NCBI GenBank assembly: GCA_040260805.1
Contig: JBDQPD010000075.1
Location: 1 to 16,780 of the forward strand
Direction: 5' to 3'
Source: Myxococcota bacterium
Lineage (GTDB): Bacteria > Myxococcota > UBA4151
DNA length: 16,780 nt
This document shows positions 6,148 through 13,569 of the stretch, in pieces; within the stretch, counting starts at the first letter, position 1; each line of letters opens with the position of its first letter. Under the pieces are notes generated by a model. It worked only from the letters and a program-made list of their open reading frames with translations. It ran no database searches and was not told the DNA's origin. A program made the position numbers and the translations under genes.

Positions 6148-9100
6148 ATGATGAGGGCGACACGCAGCGCGCGACTAAAAAGACTTCATCAAGCCCTCAG
6201 CGAAGGGCTTCCGGTTTCCCTTGAAAACTTGATCCAGGCGGCAGGCGCTGATCGGGCGACCGTCGTCGCTGATATTCGCCACCTTCGGAGCGACTTAGGC
6301 GCTCCAATTCGCTTTGTAGACGGTGGTTACCGGTATTTGTCAGCTTATGAGTTGCCGGTTCTGGCGGTCTGTCTCGAGCACTATGAGCTGCAACAAAGCA
6401 TCGATTTGGTGGGCCCGGAGCTCGCTTGGTCTGCCCATCATGTCGGTCTCGATGAGCCTGTGCAGGTGCGCGCGATGCTCGGTGGTCCCGAGGTCGCTCA
6501 CCACATGGAGGCGAGGAGTCGGCTGCTAGCCCGGCTGCTTCATCCAGGAATCTTGTCCATTTATGACCGTGGCCAGATTGATGAGGTGACAGCTTTTGAG
6601 AGCGATGGCCAGCTTGAGCAGGATATGCGCTGGATGGTGCTTCCATCCATTTATGACTCAGATCTGTCGGCCTACACAGCGCACGCTTGGAAGCCGCTCT
6701 TAGAATCGATTCTTACGCTTTTGGAGGCTGCTGCCTACGCCCACGCCCACGGTGCTTTCTTAATCCGTGCGTTGCCGGCTCAGGTGCTCGCCTCGAGCGA
6801 TCAAAGGCAGATTGCGCTCTCGCACCTCATCGCTGCCGATGAGCTCGACACCCTGCTGGTCCCCGACCTGGTGGGGGCGTGCTTTCAAGCGCCAGAGCGA
6901 AACGGTGATTGGGGCAGAGCACCTTCGATTCAAGAGGACCTCTACGCGCTCGGTAGCCTCTTTTGGTTCATGATCAGCGGCGAGATTCCTCACGGTTCGG
7001 CTCGCGGAGTCCATGACTTGGTAGAGCTTCAAAAGGAGGGTGACCCGACGACCCTCCCTGCTGCGTTCAATCTGCCCAAAGGTTTTCGGAATTGGCTGGC
7101 TATGATGCGCTCGCCAGACCCCCATGCTCGCTACGCTTCGGTCGCTGATTGTCGCGCATCGTTGCTCGAAGTCGATCGCCTGCGCGGTGCTCAGCGGTGG
7201 CAGCCAGTCCAAGCCAGTATACCGACGAGTTGGCAGCGCAGTTGGTCGTCAAAGGTCAGTAAGCTTGATCAGGGGCTTGGATTAAACTTGATCGGCTTGA
7301 GACCGCTTCCTCTGGTCGCAAGAAACCAAGAAAGAGATCGGCTCTGGGCTGTTTTACACGAGGCTTTAGAGGGAAAGAACGTGTGCGGCTGCGTCGTCAG
7401 CGGCGCCCCTGGGGTCGGAAAGTCACGGCTTTTGGGCTGGATCAAACATCGCGCCATGGAGACGGGCGCTGCGCAGGTCGTTCGCGTCCGGTGCAACCCG
7501 GCGGAGACGCCGGGACTGACCACGAGCAGTTTGGTGCTCGGTGCGCTACGTCTCGATGGACTGGACACGGAATTGACGGAGTTTCTCCACGCCCTGAGTC
7601 GGGTGGGGATGACGAACAGGTACGAACAAGACGCCCTCGCCTCTATTGTTGCCCAGCCCATGGGCTGGGCGGACTGGCCGAGCATACGCTTTGAGCGCAG
7701 CGAAGATCGCTTCGCTGTGGTCGCCCGATTGCTTCGGCGGCTCTCGCGACGGCGCGGCTTGGTCGTTTTGGTTGACGATGCTCAATGGGCTGTTGGAGCC
7801 CTCTCGATCTTCCGTCATTTGCTCGCAACGGATGGTCAGCGTGATCTCAAGCTGTTTTTCGCAATTGGGACGCGAGACCACGAAGCGAACGACAGCAGCG
7901 TCGTCGAAAAACGTCAGCTAAATGAGCTGCTGAGTGAGCGCCGGGTCACGCATCTGCCGTTAGAGCGACTACGCAGTGAAGACATGAATCATATGCTGTG
8001 CGACCGGATGGGCATGGTGAGTGATTTAGCGGAGCGAGCCACCGAATGGTGCGCGGGTTCGCCGATGATGGCGCACCAGCTGATCGAGTCCTGGCATACT
8101 GAAGGGGCGCTCATTGGAGGTCATCAGGGCATCACGCACCGCAACATTGCGGAGATCGCTCTGCCCTCTGACTTTGCCCGGCTTTGGACCCAGCGCCTCG
8201 ACCAAGTCTTTGAGGCGATGAGTGATGGGACCAAGCACATCGCACGCTGGGCCTTAGAGGCTGGCGCGTTGCTCGGTCGCAGTGTCGACCGCACCGAGTG
8301 GTCGGGTATGTGCCGACAGCTTGGATTCGAACCGCCTGTGGCGGTGCTTGAGTTAGGGGTTGCTGCGGGGCTGATCGCTCCGGTTTCTGGAGGCTGGCGG
8401 TTCCAGCATGGGACCTTGCGTGATGCGTTATTGCTTGAGTCTGAGAGTGAACAGCGCTTGCGCAACTTGCATCGAGCGATCGCTGCATTCTTGAGCAGCG
8501 AAACTGACCACGACCTGAGCAGGGATCTTCGCTGCGGTGAACACTTACTGGCAGCCGGTGATCACGATGTTGCTTTTGAGTTGTTGCTCAAGGCCGAGGC
8601 TTCAGCGCGCAAGTCGGGTAACGATTTGGTGGCTGAGCGATCGCTCGAGTTAGCTGATCGGGCGTCTGCAGGCATCTCGAGTGAGCGCCTCGCCAAGCAC
8701 GAGCTGAACTTACAGCAGCGCAAAGCCGATCTGATGCGTCTGCGGGGAGAGTGGGATCATGCTCACAAGGCAGCGGTCGAGTTAGAGGCTTCCGCTCTTA
8801 TGGCAGACAACGCCGAAGCCTTAGTGCTCGCTTTGAGAATCCAAGCTGACTGCGCCTTTGAGCATGGCAACTATCCAGAAGCGTCTGACCTCGCGCTCCG
8901 TGCGCAGGTTGCGGCTCAGGACTCGAGCGATCTAGAGGAAGCGATACGTTGTGAGTTGCTGCTCGGTCTGATCTTCGGTGCTCAGTCCAATTGGGACCAA
9001 TCGATCTCGTTTTATGAGGCGGCGCTGACGCGCATCAACAAGTCCTGCCCTGGGCATCATGAGTTGCAGGGCGAGTGCTTGTTCCACTTAGGTATGGTTC

Positions 9101-9702
9101 ATCACGAGCGTGGTGTTTTAGCCAAAGCGTTGCCTTTGTTTATCAAGTCGCTTCAGCATTGGGAAAAGTGCGGTGGTCAGCGCGGTATGGCGACGGTCGC
9201 TAACGCACTCGCAGATGTAGCGCGTGGTCAAGGGCGCATGGATCGCGCCATGGACTGGTATCAACGAGCTAAAAAAGTCTACGACAGCATCGGCGCCTGG
9301 CAAGCCAATATTGTGCGCTTGAATCTGGCGATAGTGATGATGCTCGATGATCGCTTTGAGGATGCTCATACCGAGGTGCTTTCGTGTCTACAGAGCTTCC
9401 AAGGTGAGGGTCATGAGAGCTGGTTAGCGATCGCCTACGCCTTTGCCCTGCCTGGCTGCGCGCATCATGGCGACTGGACTGACTTTGATCACTATTTGAC
9501 CGAAGCGACAGAGCGTCTGGAGCTGCTAAATTTTTCGGATCGAGACCTGGCTCAGGTGTTTGAAATAGCAGGTGAACTCGCCAGTGCAAACGATGAAGCT
9601 CGAAGAGCTGATTTGTGTTTCCTGCAAGCTGCAGTGCAGTGGCGCATCCTAGATTGTCCGGCTGAGGCAAACGCTGCTTCGCTGCGCGCTGGGGTCAATT
9701 GA
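6148..9702 (+). CDS. Multidomain STAND-type protein: winged HTH + Ser/Thr pseudokinase + AAA_16-like P-loop ATPase + TPR repeats
   Basis: aa 8-70 is a wHTH (ATVVADIRHLRSDLGAPIRFVDGGYRY). aa 79-340 is a kinase fold (LARLLHPGILSIYDRG, AYAHAHG, FQAPE, DLYALG, PDPHARY) lacking catalytic residues. Walker A GAPGVGKS (7402-7425), Walker B VVLVDDAQW (7762-7788), GxP GSP (8056-8064) and WRFQH (about 8395-8409) follow, then C-terminal TPR-like helical repeats. Confidence 0.88.
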   Translation: MMRATRSARLKRLHQALSEGLPVSLENLIQAAGADRATVVADIRHLRSDLGAPIRFVDGGYRYLSAYELPVLAVCLEHYELQQSIDLVGPELAWSAHHVGLDEPVQVRAMLGGPEVAHHMEARSRLLARLLHPGILSIYDRGQIDEVTAFESDGQLEQDMRWMVLPSIYDSDLSAYTAHAWKPLLESILTLLEAAAYAHAHGAFLIRALPAQVLASSDQRQIALSHLIAADELDTLLVPDLVGACFQAPERNGDWGRAPSIQEDLYALGSLFWFMISGEIPHGSARGVHDLVELQKEGDPTTLPAAFNLPKGFRNWLAMMRSPDPHARYASVADCRASLLEVDRLRGAQRWQPVQASIPTSWQRSWSSKVSKLDQGLGLNLIGLRPLPLVARNQERDRLWAVLHEALEGKNVCGCVVSGAPGVGKSRLLGWIKHRAMETGAAQVVRVRCNPAETPGLTTSSLVLGALRLDGLDTELTEFLHALSRVGMTNRYEQDALASIVAQPMGWADWPSIRFERSEDRFAVVARLLRRLSRRRGLVVLVDDAQWAVGALSIFRHLLATDGQRDLKLFFAIGTRDHEANDSSVVEKRQLNELLSERRVTHLPLERLRSEDMNHMLCDRMGMVSDLAERATEWCAGSPMMAHQLIESWHTEGALIGGHQGITHRNIAEIALPSDFARLWTQRLDQVFEAMSDGTKHIARWALEAGALLGRSVDRTEWSGMCRQLGFEPPVAVLELGVAAGLIAPVSGGWRFQHGTLRDALLLESESEQRLRNLHRAIAAFLSSETDHDLSRDLRCGEHLLAAGDHDVAFELLLKAEASARKSGNDLVAERSLELADRASAGISSERLAKHELNLQQRKADLMRLRGEWDHAHKAAVELEASALMADNAEALVLALRIQADCAFEHGNYPEASDLALRAQVAAQDSSDLEEAIRCELLLGLIFGAQSNWDQSISFYEAALTRINKSCPGHHELQGECLFHLGMVHHERGVLAKALPLFIKSLQHWEKCGGQRGMATVANALADVARGQGRMDRAMDWYQRAKKVYDSIGAWQANIVRLNLAIVMMLDDRFEDAHTEVLSCLQSFQGEGHESWLAIAYAFALPGCAHHGDWTDFDHYLTEATERLELLNFSDRDLAQVFEIAGELASANDEARRADLCFLQAAVQWRILDCPAEANAASLRAGVN

Positions 9703-9757
9703 GCGGTCGGGTTGTTTGAATAGGACAAGCTCGGCTAATAAGGACCTAGGAGTCTGT

Positions 9758-12232
9758 ATGCGTTCTTCTGATCTTTTAGCGCTGGGTCTGCTGCTTGTCT
9801 TTGCTGCTTGTTCAGCAGCTAATGATCCGGTTGTAGATGCGGGAACGCTCGTCGTCGCCGACGCTTCTGTTGGTGGTGATGCAGGATTATCCGAGGACGC
9901 GGGCGTTGTGGATTCCGACGCCGGAATTCACGACACGGGCCCCCTCGTCGACGCCGGTCCCGAGCGTTGCGGTGATGGGCGCGTTCGCTCGTCCGGGCAT
10001 CCGACGGATTTGGATTTCGAAGAGTGTGATGATGCCAACGAAGTTGAGGACGACGGCTGCACCAACATCTGTCGTCACAGCATCCGCCGCATCGCGACGA
10101 TGAACTACTCCACCTGTGTTTTGCTGGGGAACGGCAAGGTCTTTTGCCGCGGTTATAACGCCGATCGATCCTTAGGGTTAGGCGAGGCTGCTCGCACCCG
10201 TTATGTCGACGGCTGGCGCCGACCACGCGGTTTAGACGATGATGTCATCGATCTCGACGGTGGCCGCGATTGGGTGTGTGCTTTGCATCAAAGCGGCGAG
10301 ATCAGTTGTTGGGGGTTTGGCTCATTCGGGCGCAGTCCAGGCAGCGCAACGATGGAGATACCGACTCGAATTTCGGGTGTGACCGGTGCTGTCAGTTTAT
10401 CCGTCGGGACCCACGCCGCGTGCTTTATAAACGCCGAACAGCAAGCCTATTGTTGGGGGCGTAACCGCTGGGGTGAGCTAGGCGATGGCAGCACCGATGA
10501 GTCCGCAGCGCCTGTGCGTGTTCAAGGGCTTGAGCAGGTTGTTGACCTTGATATCGAGGGCGCTCACGCATGCGCCGCCCTGAGCTCAGGGCAGGTTTGG
10601 TGCTGGGGAAATGCGAGCAACTGGCGATTTGGAACCAACCAAGTGACGGGCAGCCAGCCCGTACCCGTCCAAGTTCCTAACCTTGAGGGGGCTGTTGATG
10701 TCGACGTCGCTGCTTATGGAGGCTGCGCAATGTTAGCGGACGGGAGCGTAAGCTGTTGGGGTAGCAATTGGTCAGGTCAGTCTGGATTGCCTGTCCGCTC
10801 ACCTCATGAGCCTATCCTCCTTCCTGATGTGTCCAGCGCACGCGCACTGGCGATGGAGAACTCGACCGGCTGTTTGGTTGCGGGTGAGGATGCCCAGGTT
10901 TACTGCTTTGGATGGAACCACTTGGGGCAGGCGGGTGATCCATCGACGCATCGAGTCGATAATGGATTGCGTGCTGTTGAGGGCGTCACGGGCGCTGTCG
11001 GTGTGATGGTCGGCTCTCATCATGGCTGCGCTTGGCGAGCCGATGGTCGGCGCTTGTGTTGGGGGGCGAATAACTTTGGGCAGTTGGGGGGGAATCGAGC
11101 TGCTGATTTGCCGATCCGCACCCCTCGTCGGGTTGAGGATTTAGAACAAATCATCCAGCTGAGCGCCGGCGACGGTCACATCTGCGCGTTGGACCAGCAG
11201 GGTCTAGCGAAGTGCTGGGGTAGCAATGGCTACGGTCAGTTGGGCGATGGAACGACTCAAACGGCTGCCAGCCCACAGCCGGTCACGGTGCTCAATCAAG
11301 TCGCTCAAATCACAGCAGCGGAGAGCTTTTCATGCGCCGTCGTTGTTGATGGAACCGCGTACTGCTGGGGGTATAACCGTAACGGACAGCTCGGGCTGGG
11401 GACCACCGACGATCAGACCGAGCCGCAGGTATTGAATCTACCGCCTATGCAGCTGATTCGCGGTGGAAATGCCTACGCCTGTGGTCTGGATCGTAGCGGG
11501 GGCGTTCACTGTTGGGGCTACGGCAGTGAGGGGGTCCTTGGACAAGGTAATCGCAACAGCTCGACTCGCCCTGTGTTGGTGGCAAGCCTTCCTGCGGTTC
11601 AAGATCTCTCATTAGGCTACCGTCACGTCTGCGCCGTGACGGGAACCGGCAACTTGTTTTGTTGGGGGCGGAACAGTGAGGGGCAAAATGCGGTCGACCG
11701 GGGCACCGTAAGGGTGACGAGTCCGACGCAGGTGATGATCCCTAGTGTCCTCTCGGTGGCCGTTGGGCGTCAGCACACCTGCGCTTTGACTGCTGTCGAT
11801 GGGTTGTGGTGTTGGGGTCTGAATACGTCGGGCCAACTCGGTGATGGATCCGGTTCGACTCGGGCTCAGCCTGAGCGAATGGGAGCGCTGCTCAACATCT
11901 CAAGTGTCTCCGCTTGGCGCTTCGGCTACGGGACCTGCGCAACGAGCGATCGTCAGGACGGCACGCAGGGGAACTACTGCTGGGGGCATGGATTTTGGGG
12001 ACAGCTCGGCAACGGCCGACTCGACGGACAGCGTTTACCCGTTGCGCTCGATCCCCAAAGTGTTTTGGGCGACCGGGTCCAAATGACGGTAGGTAATGAG
12101 CGCCAAAACTGCGCGCTTGGACAAAACGGGCGAGTCGCTTGCTGGGGAGACCCATCGCTCGGTCGAACGGGTCACGGCTTGACCGCAACCACCCAAAACG
12201 GACCCGCCGAAATGATTGCGGTTAGTCGTTAG
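9758..12232 (+). CDS. RCC1/BLIP-II-like repeat lipoprotein (14 repeats) with a myxococcal Cys-rich repeat
   Basis: Start moved to ATG 9758 (AGGAG at 9748-9752). Lipobox FAA-C (Cys 9809-9811), DAG-rich linker, CGDG...EECDDAN...DGCTNIC, then 14 repeats of HxC...G.v.CWG.N..GQLG. Confidence 0.92.
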   Translation: MRSSDLLALGLLLVFAACSAANDPVVDAGTLVVADASVGGDAGLSEDAGVVDSDAGIHDTGPLVDAGPERCGDGRVRSSGHPTDLDFEECDDANEVEDDGCTNICRHSIRRIATMNYSTCVLLGNGKVFCRGYNADRSLGLGEAARTRYVDGWRRPRGLDDDVIDLDGGRDWVCALHQSGEISCWGFGSFGRSPGSATMEIPTRISGVTGAVSLSVGTHAACFINAEQQAYCWGRNRWGELGDGSTDESAAPVRVQGLEQVVDLDIEGAHACAALSSGQVWCWGNASNWRFGTNQVTGSQPVPVQVPNLEGAVDVDVAAYGGCAMLADGSVSCWGSNWSGQSGLPVRSPHEPILLPDVSSARALAMENSTGCLVAGEDAQVYCFGWNHLGQAGDPSTHRVDNGLRAVEGVTGAVGVMVGSHHGCAWRADGRRLCWGANNFGQLGGNRAADLPIRTPRRVEDLEQIIQLSAGDGHICALDQQGLAKCWGSNGYGQLGDGTTQTAASPQPVTVLNQVAQITAAESFSCAVVVDGTAYCWGYNRNGQLGLGTTDDQTEPQVLNLPPMQLIRGGNAYACGLDRSGGVHCWGYGSEGVLGQGNRNSSTRPVLVASLPAVQDLSLGYRHVCAVTGTGNLFCWGRNSEGQNAVDRGTVRVTSPTQVMIPSVLSVAVGRQHTCALTAVDGLWCWGLNTSGQLGDGSGSTRAQPERMGALLNISSVSAWRFGYGTCATSDRQDGTQGNYCWGHGFWGQLGNGRLDGQRLPVALDPQSVLGDRVQMTVGNERQNCALGQNGRVACWGDPSLGRTGHGLTATTQNGPAEMIAVSR
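9968..10072 (+). repeat. Myxococcus cysteine-rich repeat unit (DUF4215-like), single copy
   Basis: CGDGRVRSSGHPTDLDFEECDDANEVEDDGCTNIC matches CGDG-xn-EECDDxN-x4-DGC-x3-C. Confidence 0.85.
10073..12229 (+). repeat. 14 RCC1-like repeats (two predicted 7-bladed propellers)
   Basis: Cores in order: FCRG, SCWG, YCWG, WCWG, SCWG, YCFG, LCWG, KCWG, YCWG, HCWG, FCWG, WCWG, YCWG, ACWG, spaced about 50 aa apart. Confidence 0.88.
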
Positions 12233-13481
12233 CTCGTTTGGCGAGTTTAAGAATGACAAGTTGGGAACACGTCAGCACGGCTTCGGATGCTGCGGTAAAC
12301 AGGGCCGCGCCGATCAGGGCTTCGTTTGGGTAGCGAGTGATCACGTAATAGTTACCAACTATGTTTAATATCAAACTCACGAATAACCCGAGGAACCCCC
12401 ACCATTCTTTGCCCAGCGCAAAGACACCGGTACCCAAGATGAAGTTAACGAACAAGAAGGGTACGGCTAAGCCTAAAGCTGCCAGCGCCGGGACGGCGAG
12501 CTCATACCCTTCACCGGCAAAAGCTCGGATGAGATAGGGGGCGCCGAGGTACAAAACAGCGCCTCCAAGCAGCCCTAACCCCAAGAGAATCAGAACCGCC
12601 CGCCGAAACAGGTTTCGGGGCAGCTCATCACCTTGTCTGCGACGCACTAGAGCCGGAAAAAGGGCGGCTGCGATGGCGCCCGGCAGAAACAACCCGGCTT
12701 CTAGAATCCGGTAGGCAGCGCCATAGTTACCCGCTCGGTGATCAGCCATCAGAGGGGTTGAGAGCTCACGAATCATCACCAGGTCGACCCGAAAAGCGAT
12801 CAGACCGAACAGACCCGCTGCGGCGAAGGGGACCATCTCTCGCCAAACCTGTTTTTGCTGGTGCGGGCTTGGGGGAGTGGGGTTCCAGCTCAGTCCGAGT
12901 GATTTCATCGCTCGATTGATCAAGAGCAGGTTGACCATCTCACCCACAAGGAAGCCAACGAAGGTGATACGAAGCATACCCCCCAGGTCATCGACCAGCC
13001 AAACGCCGCCTCCGGCGAGGAGTGTAAAGACCAGCCGACCGCCAACCGAAGCGAGCGCCTCTCCGCGCATCTGCTCTTTGCCCCGCAAGCCGGAGGCGCC
13101 AAAGTGATGATAGCCGCGCAAAAGCATGGCCAGAAACATCATCACCAACAGGTCGAGCGCAAGGTCGGGAGGGGCCAAGAACAGCCACAGTCCGCCGATG
13201 AATGCGACGATTAGTGTCATTCGGTGTTTGCTGATGACGGTGCCGCTGGCGTGCGCCATTCGACCGGCTGCGAGGTGCCGCGTGTATAAAATGGGCAGAC
13301 CGAGAGTCGCCGTAAATGCGACCATATCCAGCAGCGAGAAGGCATAGGCAAACCGGCCAAAGCCGATTTCACCGAGCCGTCGCGCTAAACTCGCGTACGC
13401 AGCAAACTGCAAAAGGCGCGTAAAAACCTGGGCTCCACTGAGCCAGCCAATATTTTGAAGTAGACCAGAGCGTTCAACCAT
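12222..13481 (-). CDS. wzx: Wzx-like oligosaccharide flippase (MOP superfamily)
   Basis: 419 aa polytopic membrane protein. N-terminal LLQNIGWL...ARRLGEIGFGRFAYAFS, plus RVDLVMI, AGNYGAAYRILE, ALFP and LNIVGN. Confidence 0.9.
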   Translation of the reverse strand: MVERSGLLQNIGWLSGAQVFTRLLQFAAYASLARRLGEIGFGRFAYAFSLLDMVAFTATLGLPILYTRHLAAGRMAHASGTVISKHRMTLIVAFIGGLWLFLAPPDLALDLLVMMFLAMLLRGYHHFGASGLRGKEQMRGEALASVGGRLVFTLLAGGGVWLVDDLGGMLRITFVGFLVGEMVNLLLINRAMKSLGLSWNPTPPSPHQQKQVWREMVPFAAAGLFGLIAFRVDLVMIRELSTPLMADHRAGNYGAAYRILEAGLFLPGAIAAALFPALVRRRQGDELPRNLFRRAVLILLGLGLLGGAVLYLGAPYLIRAFAGEGYELAVPALAALGLAVPFLFVNFILGTGVFALGKEWWGFLGLFVSLILNIVGNYYVITRYPNEALIGAALFTAASEAVLTCSQLVILKLAKRAND

Positions 13482-13486
13482 ACCTT

Positions 13487-13553
13487 AGGCTGCGACTTGC
13501 TGAGCCGAGACGCAAGTTCTGGAACCTAGGGGATAAGCGCGCTATGGGCGCTT
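13487..13553. promoter_or_regulatory. Divergent promoter region between wzx and wbpA with two short inverted repeats
   Basis: ACTTGC-N11-GCAAGT (13495-13517) and AAGCGC-N7-GCGCTT (13535-13553). On the minus strand, TTGCGT-N17-CAGCCT ends 5 nt before the wzx ATG. Confidence 0.3.
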
Positions 13554-13569
13554 CCACCCGGAGGAAAGC

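Noticed and set aside
6382..7167. Annotation as an active Ser/Thr protein kinase
   Set aside because: VAIK, HRD, the catalytic-loop Asn, DFG and the Gly-rich loop are all substituted.
6148..9702. Assignment to a known Avs antiphage system or a WYL regulator
   Set aside because: No nuclease, SIR2, TIR or protease effector and no WYL domain. The NTPase looks AAA_16/MalT-like, and there are no neighbouring defence genes.
9716..9757. TTG start of the RCC1 ORF
   Set aside because: ATG 9758 has AGGAG upstream and directly starts the signal peptide.
10073..12229. Recurring TG[CT]TGGGG DNA motif as a CRISPR or DNA repeat array
   Set aside because: It is the coding of the CWG motif in RCC1 repeats; there are no conserved 25-40 nt repeats with spacers.
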